A DNA stretch of 62,108 nt, filler included, from an uncultured virus (IMG/VR IMGVR_UViG_2049941000_000856) (lineage: Duplodnaviria > Heunggongvirae > Uroviricota > Caudoviricetes). It is 4 parts of one record of this genome, joined end to end, with 100 filler letters (N's around TTAATTAATTAA, not from the genome) between each part and the next. Parts side by side here need not be neighbours in the genome. Positions count along the whole stretch, not along the records: positions 1 to 20,081 come from IMGVR_UViG_2049941000_000856; positions 20,182 to 21,992 come from IMGVR_UViG_2049941000_000856; positions 22,093 to 46,924 come from IMGVR_UViG_2049941000_000856; 1 more part is not named here. The stretch is one strand, 5' to 3'. The notes beneath the pieces were generated by a model. The model was not told where the DNA came from and searched no databases. It worked only from the letters and a program-made list of their open reading frames with translations. The translations under genes and the position numbers were made by a program. The number at the start of each line of letters is the position of its first letter. The stretch's first letter is position 1. Below are positions 18,755 through 29,086 of this stretch, piece by piece.

Positions 18755-20081
18755 TGCGATGAATGCCTTGTTCTTCGGAACACGAGCTTCGAAGAGTTCA
18801 GCGACGCGCGGAAGACCACCGGTAATATCGCGGGTCTTACCAGCTGCACGCGGAAGCTTTGCGATAACCTGACCGGAGGTAACCTTGTCGCCCTGATGCA
18901 CGGCGAGGATAGCGCCGTCAGGCAACATGAAGTGGCCAACCTTTTCGCCACGTTCATCATTGATGATGATGACCGGACGCAATTGGTTCTTACCGTGCTG
19001 CTTGTCGCTGATGACGATCCAAGTTTCGACTTCGGTCATTTCATCGCGTTCAATACGGTAAGTCCTGTTTTCAATAAGATTGCTAAATGCGATCGTACCG
19101 GACACGTTCGTGATAATCGGGCTGTTATACGGATCCCATTCGAACATGCTTTCGCCCTTCTTGACGGTAGCATTGTTTTCGACGTGCAAGATTGCACCGT
19201 ACGGAATCTGGTAACGGCCCTTGTTGATGCCGGTATTGTCGAAGATAACGAGTTCGCCCATACGGGAGACGACGACCTTCTGGCCTTCGTGGTCCACNNN
19301 NNNNNNNAGCTACGGAAGCGGTCCTGTTGCTGATCTGTTCACGTCCGTTACGGACGAGCTGTTGAATAGTTGGCNNNNNNNNNNAGGATCCTTGCCGAGG
19401 AATTCATAGTTTTCGCCGAGACCGGTAAGCGGTTCAAATACGCCGTTCACCATGTTGCCACGCTGCACAGTGATGTTGCAAGCGTCAACGAAGGTCACGC
19501 GACCGTCGTGCTTAGCGCGGACAACCGTACCCGAGTCGAGAGCGGCGCGGCGTTCGAGACCCGTACCNNNNNNNNNNCGTTTCGACCTGTTCGAGTTCGA
19601 TGTGACCATCAACCGCTGCCTTCTTGTCGCTTTCGACAGTAAGACGGGAGGAAGCACCACCGATATGGAACGTACGGAGGGTAAGCTGCGTACNNNNNNN
19701 NNNGGCCCAGTACCAAGTATCCATCTGTGCGTAATGGAAGCCCATGTGCATGATNNNNNNNNNNGAGAGGAATAACTGTATCGTCACCGTCCTTGAATGC
19801 GGAAACTTCGATACCGTCGGTAGTACCGCAGTCTGGTTCGGTAATCACGAGGTCCTGGCCCACGTCAACGAGACGACGGGTAAGNNNNNNNNNNNNNNNN
19901 NNNNNNNNNNNNNNNNNNNNNNNNNAGCGCGCGTTGCCCACTTGTAACCGTTGGCCTTGAGATCGTCGAGGTAGTCAACAGTCACGCGGTTGCCGGTACG
20001 ACGATAAAGATCGTCAATGGACTTAGCGATAACCTTCTTGCCGAAGGTTTCGTTGGCGTAGCCAAGAGCGTTCGGAACAAA
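18755..20081 (-). CDS. rpoC: Shuffled rpoC fragments (with an rpoB piece at 19385-19567 and a MuA piece at 19704-19754)
   Basis: [39 protein letters not shown]; rpoB piece [13 protein letters not shown]. All pieces are separated by N gaps. Confidence 0.9.
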
Positions 20082-20181
20082 NNNNNNNNNNNNNNNNNNN
20101 NNNNNNNNNNNNNNNNNNNNNNNNNTTAATTAATTAANNNNNNNNNNNNNNNNNNNNNNNNNNNNNNNNNNNNNNNNNNNN

Positions 20182-20403
20182 ACCGAAGAATGCCTGGACG
20201 ACAGTGGAAACCATGCGAGTATTCACGAGTTCGCGCGGAGTCGTCTGTTCTTCTTCGGAATGGAGAGAAAGGTTTTCGCGGATGACGCGAGACATACGGG
20301 AAAGGCCGACGGAAATCTGACCGGCAAGGAGTTCGCCCACGGAACGTGTACGGCGGTTGCCCAAGTGGTCGATATCGTCAAGAGTGTAGCCTTCGTCGCC
20401 GTT
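20182..20403 (-). CDS. rpoB: RNA polymerase beta fragment
   Basis: [18 protein letters not shown]. Confidence 0.9.
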
Positions 20404-20413
20404 NNNNNNNNNN

Positions 20414-21775
20414 GCCCGTGACGGTGCGGCTCACCAGCATGGAGAGCGTGTCCTTCGATACGCGGCGCATCGGTTCACGCTTGACGATTTCTTCGTTCCA
20501 GAGCTGAGCACGCGTTTTGCCTTTGTGGTTTTTCCCAAAGCACGGGAGGCCGGGGAACACGTTCGTCATGTAATCCTGAGCGATGTTGTAGAACTCTTCC
20601 CAAGTGACGAAATCGCCACGCTTGAGCACGCCCTTCAAGGGCTCGGGCTTCTCGACAACGTTACCGCCCTTGTAGCTGTTGAACATCTTGTCAAGACTGC
20701 CTTTGATAACCAAGAAATTGCGTTCAATGATCTTGGCACGGGCGTTGCGCACGATGGCAAAGTGCATCTTGATGCCGAGGCGGCTTGCCAAGGATTCCGC
20801 ATACTGTTCNNNNNNNNNNTACGCCCTGCGGGCCTACTGCGGTGCGCATGGCATCGATGTATTCTGCCGCCTGTTCCTTGGTCATGTCGGGGCAGATTTC
20901 CTTGAGGAGCTTTTCTTCGTGACGCTTTCGGGCAACACCCTCGGCGATTTGGGCCTTGGAAACCGCATCGTCATCCTTGACCATCGCACCCACGGAGCTT
21001 TGCAGGTAGCATTCGCCGATGAGCTTCTTGTCGGAGTCGTAGCACCAGGCGGTGCGCATGTCTTCGGGGTCGTAGCGGAACGTGACTTCGCGGCCCTTGT
21101 AAACCGGCATCCATTCTGCCCAGTACCAAGTATCCATCTGTGCGTAATGGAAGCCCATGTGCATGATGCGACCAGTTACTGTGCGGCTTACGAGCATGGA
21201 GAGCGTGTCCTTCGATACGCGGCGCATCGGTTCACGCTTCACGATTTCTTCGTTCCAGAGCTGAGCACGGGTCATGCCGTTGTGGTGTTTGCCCTGGCAC
21301 GGAAGGCCGGGGAACACGTTCGTCATGTAATCCTGTGCGAGGTCGTAGAACTCTTCCCAAGTGAGGAAGTCGCCACGCTTGAGCACGCCCTTCAAGGGTT
21401 CAGGCTTTTCTACCACCGTGCCACCCTTGAAGCTGTTGAACAGCCTGTCAAAGCCGTTTTTAATGACCAGGAAGTTTCGTTCAATGATCTTTGCACGTGC
21501 GTTGCGGACTATGGCGAAGTGCATCTTGATGCCGAGGCGGCTTGCCAGGGATTCCGCATACTGTTCGTCCTCGACAATCTTGTTGCCACGGCTTTGGCCG
21601 GAGAAGTCGCGGTTGCGGTATTCGCGGCCATTATCGACGTAGAGTTCTTCTGGGAGTCCGTAGCGTTCGATGCCGTTGCGGATTGCCCTGAGCGTGTTTT
21701 CCGTGCCCGGTGCGTCGTGGTGCAAGCACCAGCCCATGGGCATGTAGGTCTTGAAGTCCATGAAGAGCGTGATGT
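20414..21775 (-). CDS. MuA-like DDE transposase core fragments (two variants, split at gap 20810-20819)
   Basis: YGLPEELYVDNGREY, NARAKIIERNF. Confidence 0.9.
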
Positions 21776-21785
21776 NNNNNNNNNN

Positions 21786-21992
21786 AGAGAAACCCGCCAC
21801 CTGCTACATCACGCTCTTCATGGACTTCAAGACCTACATGCCCATGGGCTGGTGCCTGCACCACGACGCACCGGGTACGGAAAACACGCTCAGGGCCATC
21901 CGCAACGGCATCGAGCGCTACGGACTCCCCGAAGAACTCTATGTCGATAATGGCCGCGAATACCGCAACCGCGACTTCTCCGGCCAAAGCCG
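21786..21992 (+). CDS. MuA core fragment (further variant, inverted contig)
   Basis: ITLFMDFKTY...YVDNGREY with synonymous differences from the copy ending at 21775. Confidence 0.85.
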
Positions 21993-22092
21993 NNNNNNNN
22001 NNNNNNNNNNNNNNNNNNNNNNNNNNNNNNNNNNNNTTAATTAATTAANNNNNNNNNNNNNNNNNNNNNNNNNNNNNNNNNNNNNNNNNNNN

Positions 22093-22254
22093 CTCCGTCT
22101 TGGCGGCTTCGAACTTCGCCTGGTCTTCGGGATTGCTGAACTCGATTTTGCGCTTGACGGCATACTTGCCCGTCTTGCGGATGGACGGGAGCACGTCTTC
22201 TACTACCCAGCGTTCGAAGTTGCGGGCTTCGGGCATGTTGGAACGCATGATGAG
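22093..22254 (-). CDS. BRO-family gene fragment
   Basis: FERWVVEDVLPSIRKTGKY. Confidence 0.75.
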
Positions 22255-22264
22255 NNNNNNNNNN

Positions 22265-22933
22265 AAAGTAGATGACATCGGGGGCGAACTCGGTCTTGAG
22301 CCTGCGGGTAAAAGCGGATGCGCTTGGGAACTCGCTTTCGTCTGCGACTTCGCCGCGTTCCATCGCCTTGCCGAGTGCTATCATGCGGCAAGAAAAAACG
22401 CTTATCTTGTTCGCTGTCAAGTATGCGGTCTTGAAGTCTTCGAACATCGCATCGCTCACGGTGGATTTCATCGTTTCGCGGTGGTTGATGAGGGCAATCT
22501 TGCCACAGTCATCGACTGCTGCACGCTGACGGTAGATGCTCTTGATGCTCGTCTTCATTTCGGGGTGTGCACGGTTCCAGTCATCGACGAACCGCCCAAG
22601 CTCCTTCGTGCCCGTGATGCCTTCGCACTTCAAGAGGATGAGCGTCCACTTGTCATAGTTCTTCTTGGATCTCCCGCAAGAACGGTCGTAGGCGCGGTTC
22701 AGAAGGTCAAGGTCTTCCTTGGGCCTTGCCACGCTCGAAAGTTCAGGCAGGCATCCTGCGATATAGCGGTCGCATGCCTCTTTCGGGAGCGAGCGGACGT
22801 TTATCTTCACGACCTTGCGTCCGTTTTCCTCTTGCCATTCGTATTCCCAAAGAGGGAGCTGGCGGCGGACGTGTCGCTCGGAAATGCCCAGAAGCTCTGC
22901 GGCCTTTTCTGTGGATATCCAAATAGGTTTCAT
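22265..22933 (-). CDS. MuA-like transposase N-terminal part (variant carrying the cassette)
   Basis: N-terminal HTH WISTEKAAELLGISERHVRR; homologue of 26110-26862. Confidence 0.85.
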
Positions 22934-22959
22934 AAAAATCTCTCTTAATCAGCCATTGT

Positions 22960-23640
22960 CTATACGGGTGCATTAAGAAGGTTTCTTCTCAAATGGACTC
23001 GCTTGATGAAATTTCTCGCAAAACCTTCCATCTTCATCGGATCGTTGCAAGGACTAAGCCGCCCGCCAAGCCGCACGTGCGTAGAGTATCCGATGCGGTA
23101 TCCGCTGTAATGGAGTTCGTCGGCGACGAAGTTGTCCTCGTCTCCCCAGGTCCCGTCAAACGCCGAATGGAATATGCGCCCGCCGTTTAGCATGCGGAGC
23201 TTCCTGATGCCTTCGCGGCAAATCCACATACCGCATGTATAGCAGCCGTATGCAAAAGGCCTGCCATCTTTTTGCCAGGGAACGATGCCGTCCACACCAT
23301 CAGTCCGCATGAAGCCTCGCAGTTCCGAGTGCTCGTATTGTGCATCGACCCCGTAACAGATGCAGTCATACTTACTTTTCAACCGTTCAATGTCCGCTAC
23401 TATGTCACCTTGCGGCACCTTGTCGCCGTCGAGGAAGAAAATATCGTCGTCGATTCCTTCCGCTCCCAAGTCGCGCATTTTACCTGCAAGGAAACCTATA
23501 CCTGACGAATTGATACGGTACCTACAACCTTCTACGGGCTCGCACCTGTCGAATACGAACAGCGGTTCAACCGGCGACAGCGCCGCCATCATCGGAGCTA
23601 CGAACTCCTGCTGGTCCTTGTTGATTACGACAACGTGCAT
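22960..23640 (-). CDS. GT-A fold glycosyltransferase (GT2/GT7-like)
   Basis: RDLGA, DxD motif FFLDGD, FDGTWGDED. Confidence 0.7.
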   Translation of the reverse strand: MHVVVINKDQQEFVAPMMAALSPVEPLFVFDRCEPVEGCRYRINSSGIGFLAGKMRDLGAEGIDDDIFFLDGDKVPQGDIVADIERLKSKYDCICYGVDAQYEHSELRGFMRTDGVDGIVPWQKDGRPFAYGCYTCGMWICREGIRKLRMLNGGRIFHSAFDGTWGDEDNFVADELHYSGYRIGYSTHVRLGGRLSPCNDPMKMEGFARNFIKRVHLRRNLLNAPV

Positions 23641-23643
23641 ATA

Positions 23644-25005
23644 TCAGTACCCGAAAGTGACATACAATTTACTGCCGATCAGGGTAGCCCACGCGCTTGT
23701 CGGTTTCTCTCTTGCCCCGCCCTTGTTAAGGATTAACGCCGCCCCTGCGGCAACCTCATACGTCACGAAACCGCTGGCAGATACGGTGTACCATGTAATC
23801 GCCGTTCCAAGATTGTTGAAAATCACCACGTTATTGCCCATGGGATACCATAATTCGAACCTGTAAGTTTTATTCTTGATAAATTGCGATAGTGCTATAT
23901 ACCTATTCGGAGCATAGTAGGTATTTTCGCAGATTATATTGCTTTTCAGTGAGGCGTACAAATCTGAAGACGCCTCCTCATAAAGGCACGCGTCTTTAAC
24001 GGATACGCTGATAGGCAAGTCGCTAGGCTCAAACTTGGTCGTGAACACATTGTCGTGCACAATGTTTTCAGAGTAATTATTCTGTCCGACAGTGTACGTC
24101 CAGCTCGAAAGCCCGTTGTCGATTGTGTTGCCACGGTCTCTACTGCCGTATGAAAGCGGGTACAGCTGGTACGAAACCCACTTATCCTGCAAGTAATAGC
24201 GGTCGATAAATATCCCGATTGTAAAGGTTATTGACCCGGCACTTTTTTCGACGACAAAAAGCCGCACGTCAAGAATATTCATCGCTGATGCAGAGAAGTT
24301 CTCGGAGTACACCCGGTACAGTTTCGCGTCAGACGGGTCGTCTGGAACGACACCGCTACTAACGTTCCCTCTGAGCCATAGGCGGAACACAAACTCCTGC
24401 GGGACCTGACCGTCATGCACCACCAGCTTGAACGTGCTAGACTCCTCCCAGTTATTGGTATAAGTAGCAGCATTGAAGGCCAGCATGATATACCTATTGG
24501 TATTCGCATCGTAGGTCTGCGTTGCGTACACCCTGGCGTAGTTGAAAACCTTGTACGTTCCGAGTTCAACTGCCGTTCCGCCCGAAGCAGCTATGGTCTT
24601 CGTACTCCCGTTGATGGACACTGAATGCGTATGGGTAGTGCTAGATTTCAAATCCAATGCAGTCTTGATTGTGCCTGAGGAAGTGTTGTAATTGGTGGCG
24701 GTGTTGGCCGTGCCTCCATAATTAGTCACCGTGAGGCCCAGGACTGAGGATATCTTGCCCTTGATGTAGTTCCAGAACTTCACGGCGAGGGCGGTCTTGA
24801 GCTTCGTGCCGTCGAGCGTCTTGACGATCGGCGTGCTGTCGTCGATATCTGCGCTGTCGGCCTCTACGGATAACGTGTTCTGCTTCTTGCCGAGCTCCAC
24901 CTCGATGGACTTGGAGTTTCCCTGGGCATCCATGAAGTGTGTCGGAGTAAAGTTGAGATTGTTGTTGTCCTTGTCCTGCAATCCTTTTGCGTCGTACTCT
25001 GCCAT
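23644..25005 (-). CDS. Tail-fibre/adhesin-like protein
   Basis: T/S/N/G-rich shaft (YGGTANTAT, HTHSVSING) followed by a beta-rich aromatic C-domain. Confidence 0.5.
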   Translation of the reverse strand: MAEYDAKGLQDKDNNNLNFTPTHFMDAQGNSKSIEVELGKKQNTLSVEADSADIDDSTPIVKTLDGTKLKTALAVKFWNYIKGKISSVLGLTVTNYGGTANTATNYNTSSGTIKTALDLKSSTTHTHSVSINGSTKTIAASGGTAVELGTYKVFNYARVYATQTYDANTNRYIMLAFNAATYTNNWEESSTFKLVVHDGQVPQEFVFRLWLRGNVSSGVVPDDPSDAKLYRVYSENFSASAMNILDVRLFVVEKSAGSITFTIGIFIDRYYLQDKWVSYQLYPLSYGSRDRGNTIDNGLSSWTYTVGQNNYSENIVHDNVFTTKFEPSDLPISVSVKDACLYEEASSDLYASLKSNIICENTYYAPNRYIALSQFIKNKTYRFELWYPMGNNVVIFNNLGTAITWYTVSASGFVTYEVAAGAALILNKGGAREKPTSAWATLIGSKLYVTFGY

Positions 25006-25014
25006 GACGTACCC

Positions 25015-25290
25015 CTAGCGGTTGAGAGACCTTGCGGTCATTGCGTCCATCACTTCGGTGGGCAGGTCGTTGTTGCAGAAAACGACCGAGCCTTCGCAGC
25101 GGAACTGGCGTGCGACCTGTTCCTTCCAGAGCATGTCGAGCACGCGGCCCGCCTTGAGGCAACGCCCGCAGGCGTGGTGGCCGTTGATGTAGAGGTTCGA
25201 CTTACCGCCGCAGCATTCGCAGTGGCGGACTTGGGTGAACACGAGCGAGACGCGTGGTCTTGCGGAACGATGAATAAGAGTGGTATTCAT
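25015..25290 (-). CDS. Small Cys-rich (Zn-finger-like) phage protein
   Basis: CECCGG...HACGRC; homologue at 26872-27147 fixes the start. Confidence 0.7.
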   Translation of the reverse strand: MNTTLIHRSARPRVSLVFTQVRHCECCGGKSNLYINGHHACGRCLKAGRVLDMLWKEQVARQFRCEGSVVFCNNDLPTEVMDAMTARSLNR

Positions 25291-25301
25291 GGTCGTTCTC
25301 C

Positions 25302-25592
25302 TTACTGCTTGACGTTTTCCGGGGCGATGCCCACGACAGCAACGTGGACTGCGTTCTGGCTGCGGCTCTGTTCCTTTGCCATGCGGTTTTTTTCGACAAT
25401 CCACGGGCAATTGCTGAGGATGGCGTTCTGGATACGGATGAGCGTCTGCTTGAGGTCGTTGTTATCGTTATCACGCTGGCTGAGCCTTTCGTATTGCCTC
25501 AGGCAGAGGTCGATGAGCTGTTTTTCGAGCAGCGTGCGGGTGGGCTCGTTGGCGAGAATCTTGAGCGTCTTGCGGTTGAGTTCGTAATGCAT
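25302..25592 (-). CDS. Hypothetical protein
   Basis: 96 aa, AAGGAG SD, operon orientation; absent from variant B. Confidence 0.6.
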   Translation of the reverse strand: MHYELNRKTLKILANEPTRTLLEKQLIDLCLRQYERLSQRDNDNNDLKQTLIRIQNAILSNCPWIVEKNRMAKEQSRSQNAVHVAVVGIAPENVKQ

Positions 25593-25603
25593 GTTGTTTC
25601 TCC

Positions 25604-25753
25604 TTAGCGGTTGGGGGTGGTGCGGAACTTTGTCCGCTCGTGGTGGATTTTTGCACTGACAAGGCGGTATTCCTTGGTGCCGGGCTTGAAGTTGCGACGG
25701 AGCGTGTCAAGCTCGACGATGCGCCTCATCTGTGATTTCTTGAGCTCCGTCAT
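25604..25753 (-). CDS. 49-aa basic hypothetical protein
   Basis: MTELKKSQMRRIVELDTLRRNFKPG...; GGAGG upstream; fills the gap in the operon. Confidence 0.45.
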   Translation of the reverse strand: MTELKKSQMRRIVELDTLRRNFKPGTKEYRLVSAKIHHERTKFRTTPNR

Positions 25754-25757
25754 GGGC

Positions 25758-26099
25758 CTAGCCCTCCAGGTCCTTGAGTGCGCGGGTGATGAGGAACTTC
25801 ACGAACTCCTTGTTGTTGGGGAACGTGTGGCCCTCGTTGTAGAGCTTGAGCTTCGCGGCGTTGATTTTTTCGGTCAAGGGCTTCGGGAAGGTCATCGACG
25901 GCATCATGTTGGGGAACAGTTCGCACTGGCCCGAAAGTTCTGTCTTGGCGGCTTCGAACTTCGCCTGGTCATCCGGGTTGCTGAACTCGATTTTACGCTT
26001 GACGGCATACTTGCCCGTCTTGCGGATGGACGGGAGCACGTCTTCCATGACCCAGCGTTCGAAGTTGCGGGCTTCGGGCATGTTGGAACGCATGATGAG
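25758..26099 (-). CDS. BRO-family protein 3' part
   Basis: FERWVMEDVLPSIRKTGKY; C-terminus matches 27159-27929. Confidence 0.8.
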   Translation of the reverse strand, partial: LIMRSNMPEARNFERWVMEDVLPSIRKTGKYAVKRKIEFSNPDDQAKFEAAKTELSGQCELFPNMMPSMTFPKPLTEKINAAKLKLYNEGHTFPNNKEFVKFLITRALKDLEG

Positions 26100-26109
26100 N
26101 NNNNNNNNN

Positions 26110-26862
26110 CACTTGCCCAGCCTTGAGGTCGGAATAGTCACGGTCGAGGTGGTAGCCCTTGTTGTCGTAGAACTTCTTCTTGCCTTCGCGTGCGAAGTAG
26201 ATGACATCGGGGGCGTATTCCCTATTGAGGCGACGAACGAAAGCTGACTGGCTCGGGAACTCCGCATCGGAGCGGATTTCTCCGCGTTCCATCGCCTTTC
26301 CTAAGGCAATAAGGCGGCAAGAAAAAACGCTAATCTTGTTGGCGGTCAGATATGCGGTCTTGAAATCTTCAAACCATTCATCACGCACGGTTGACTGCAT
26401 TGTCTCGCGATGGTTGATGAGGGCGATTTTGCCGCAATCCTCCACGGCTGCACGCTGGCGGTAGATGCTTTTAATGCTCGTCTTCATCTCCGGATGTTTC
26501 TTGTTCCATTCGTCCACGAAGCGGCCAAGCTCCTTCGTGCCGGTGATGCCTTCGCACTTGAGCAATATCAAGGTCCACTTGTCAAAATTCTTTTTGGACC
26601 TCCCGCAGGAACGGTCGTAAGCAAGGGCAACCATGTCGATATCGTCCTTGTGTGTGGCGACATCGGCAAGCTCCGGGAGTGATCCTTCGATATACTTGTC
26701 GCAGGCTTCCTTGGGCAAGCTCCGCACATTAATCTTGATGACCTTCTTGCCGTTCTCGTCCACCCATTTATACTCCCACAAAGGGAGCTGGCGACGGACG
26801 TGGCGTTCGGAAATGCCGATGAGCTCCGCGACCTTTTCTGTTGAAATCCAAATCGGTTGCAT
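26110..26862 (-). CDS. MuA-like transposase N-terminal part (variant B)
   Basis: HTH and DNA-binding domains, running up to RDYSDLKAGQV just before the catalytic core. Confidence 0.85.
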
Positions 26863-26871
26863 GTGTATGCC

Positions 26872-27147
26872 TTAGCGGTTGATGAGCTTGTCTGTCATTG
26901 CCTGGACAACGCCATCGGGCAAGTCGTTATTGCAGAACACGACGGTGCCGTGCATCGAGAACTTGCGGGCGGCCTTTTCCTTTTCGAGCATGCGGAGCAC
27001 ACGGCCTGCCTTGAGGCACTTGCCGCAGACATGATGACCGTTGACAATCATGTTGGGATGTTCACCGCAGCATTCGCACTTGCGGATAGGAGTAAATTCG
27101 AGAGAGACGCGTGGTTTTGCGGAACGATGAATAAGAGTGGTATTCAT
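26872..27147 (-). CDS. Small Cys-rich phage protein (variant B)
   Basis: CECCGE...HVCGKC. Confidence 0.7.
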   Translation of the reverse strand: MNTTLIHRSAKPRVSLEFTPIRKCECCGEHPNMIVNGHHVCGKCLKAGRVLRMLEKEKAARKFSMHGTVVFCNNDLPDGVVQAMTDKLINR

Positions 27148-27158
27148 GGGTTATCTCC

Positions 27159-27929
27159 TTAGGCGTTGAGGTCTTCGAGTGCGCGGGTGATGAGGAACTT
27201 GACGAACTCCTTATTGTTCGGGAAGGTATGGCCCTGGTCGAAAAGGCGGCGTTTCGCCTCGTTGATTTTTTCGGTCAGCGGCTTCGGGAAGGTCATCGAA
27301 GGCATCATGTTTGGGAACAGTTCGCACTGCCCAGCGAGTTCGGCCTTGGCGGCTTCGAACTTCGCCTGGTCTTCTGGGTTTTCGAACTGGATCTTGCGGC
27401 GGACGGCATACTTGCCCGTTTTGCGGACTTGCGGCAGGAGTTCTTCCATAACCCAGCGTTCGAATATTCGAGCACGTGGCATACGAGAACGCAGGATAAG
27501 TCGGAAAACATCAGGCTCGGAGATTACGATCATCGCCTGTCCATGACCGTTGGCATCCGTAATTGTTGCCTTGTGAGCCATTTCTGTTTCGCCATCAACC
27601 AAATCCTTGGAGTCAATGACCTTGTGGCAATGTGCTTTAATGACATCAGCCGTTTTTTTGGTGTAGCCGAGCACCTTGCACACATCATCTGCTACAAACC
27701 AGACTACACCAGTTTTTTCGTCCTTAGCCGGTCGGACTTCGAATCCTTCTCCATCAGTACTGAAGATTCGAGTGGCAAAATTCAACGCCATATCAGCAAG
27801 AGTATTATCATTGGTAGGAACCAAAGATTTACCCGTTTCATGGACTTCTGCCGTGGGTAGGAGATTCCCCGTTTCGGGGAATCTCGTATCGGTATTTTCG
27901 GGTTCTACATCATAAAGATTGTTGAGCAT
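27159..27929 (-). CDS. BRO-N domain antirepressor-like protein (complete)
   Basis: WFVADDVCKVLGY...ISEPDVFRLILRS...FERWVMEELLPQVRKTGKY. Confidence 0.85.
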   Translation of the reverse strand: MLNNLYDVEPENTDTRFPETGNLLPTAEVHETGKSLVPTNDNTLADMALNFATRIFSTDGEGFEVRPAKDEKTGVVWFVADDVCKVLGYTKKTADVIKAHCHKVIDSKDLVDGETEMAHKATITDANGHGQAMIVISEPDVFRLILRSRMPRARIFERWVMEELLPQVRKTGKYAVRRKIQFENPEDQAKFEAAKAELAGQCELFPNMMPSMTFPKPLTEKINEAKRRLFDQGHTFPNNKEFVKFLITRALEDLNA

Positions 27930-28111
27930 TATGCTACCTCTTTTTTGACAAGACCGAGGTCTTGAAGGATGGATGTGAGTTGTTTATTGGAGCGGTAACC
28001 GGTGGCCACTTCCCTTACATAGTTGGCGCTGTAAGGCTTTCCGGCGATTTGGGAGACTTTTTCGGCAGCCTTTCTCCAAGAGAATTTCGTGACGGTGAAA
28101 TCGGCGGTCAT
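27929..28111 (-). CDS. Ner/Cro-like protein (variant B)
   Basis: Homologue of 7962-8150. Confidence 0.65.
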   Translation of the reverse strand: MTADFTVTKFSWRKAAEKVSQIAGKPYSANYVREVATGYRSNKQLTSILQDLGLVKKEVA

Positions 28112-28141
28112 TTCTGTTTTTCCTTTTTTTATTAACTTTTT

Positions 28142-28225
28142 TGTAGTGGTGCTAAATCATCACTACATCAACAAATGTATATAAACATTTGTTGAGTGTC
28201 AAGAGATTTTATAAACATTTGTTGA
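28142..28225 (-). promoter_or_regulatory. Early promoter and operators (variant B)
   Basis: Minus-strand TTGACA(28202-28197)-N17-TACATT; TCAACAAATGT/ACATTTGTTGA sites at 28168, 28185, 28215; TGTAGTG...CACTACA inverted repeat 28142-28167. Confidence 0.7.
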
Positions 28226-28231
28226 ATTTTT

Positions 28232-28537
28232 ATGTTTTCACAATTTTTACGCAAAGCAATCGAAGAATCCGGCAAAACCCAAAAAGTTGTTGCTGACGAA
28301 GCAGGAATAACCCAAGCAGCTCTTGCAAACTACCTTAATGGGTCTAGAAGCCCGCAATTTGAGGTTGTTGAATTACTCTGTAAGTCTTGCGGCTATTCAG
28401 TCAAGTTTGAAAAGGCATCAACAAATGTTGATATTCCTGCAAACGACGAAAATAAAGAATCTCCTTTAACAAGTGACGAAATTAAAGAATTAAGAGAGCT
28501 TTTGAAAGGTCGCGGAGCAAAACGAAAGGTCGGGTAG
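28232..28537 (+). CDS. Prophage repressor, variant B (XRE HTH)
   Basis: TQKVVADEAGITQAALANYLNGSRSP. Confidence 0.85.
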   Translation: MFSQFLRKAIEESGKTQKVVADEAGITQAALANYLNGSRSPQFEVVELLCKSCGYSVKFEKASTNVDIPANDENKESPLTSDEIKELRELLKGRGAKRKVG

Positions 28538-28576
28538 TCGGCAGGTTCGGTAACATTATTCAAGTGAGTTTTTGAT

Positions 28577-29017
28577 ATGGAAGATGTTCCAGAGATAATG
28601 AAATCCATTCGGTCTTTGTTTTTGGATTTTGACGAAAAGAATTTTTCTTTTCCTAAAAATTTTCCGATGGATTTGTACTTGAATGCCAACGAACGGACCA
28701 AAAAACACGCCAAGAAATGGGCGGTTATTTTAAGCATTCTGGGTGGATATTCTGGAACAAACAATTTACTTGACCTCCTTGAACTTTGGAATAAAAAGCA
28801 CCCGGAATACAAGACCTCATTGAAAAGCTTCTACAGGAATAAGGCTCGGTTGAAAAATGGTGGCTGGGAGGCGTTCTTCGGGCTTCCGCCTAGAAAGAGA
28901 CCTCCTGAAAACACATCGCCCGAAAACAAGACCGAGCCGCCGTTGAGTCAAGAGGAATTGAAACAAGTTCGAGCTCTCCTATCAAAAATGAACCCACCCA
29001 CCCAAGCTACCGCGTAA
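28577..29017 (+). CDS. Stand-alone paralogue of the MuA internal DNA-binding domain
   Basis: 29/69 ungapped identities (hand count) to the phage's own MuA, including WNKKHPE.KTS.KS.YR. Confidence 0.7.
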   Translation: MEDVPEIMKSIRSLFLDFDEKNFSFPKNFPMDLYLNANERTKKHAKKWAVILSILGGYSGTNNLLDLLELWNKKHPEYKTSLKSFYRNKARLKNGGWEAFFGLPPRKRPPENTSPENKTEPPLSQEELKQVRALLSKMNPPTQATA

Positions 29018-29086
29018 TCGGGAACTTCATCGAGTTGAGGTTCTGATATGGATAAATTTATTCTATTGAGTTTGTGCAGATAAGTC

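Noticed and set aside
20126..20137. TTAATTAATTAA motif (also at 22037 and 46969)
   Set aside because: Artificial six-frame-stop linker embedded in Ns.
13363..20403. Phage-encoded RNA polymerase, or prophage inserted in rpoBC
   Set aside because: The rpoB/rpoC pieces are short, out of order and each bounded by N gaps, which points to scaffolding of unrelated contigs.
23644..23800. Second DGR target in the 453-aa fibre-like gene
   Set aside because: I found no TR-like sequence at its 3' end or elsewhere in the window by eye.
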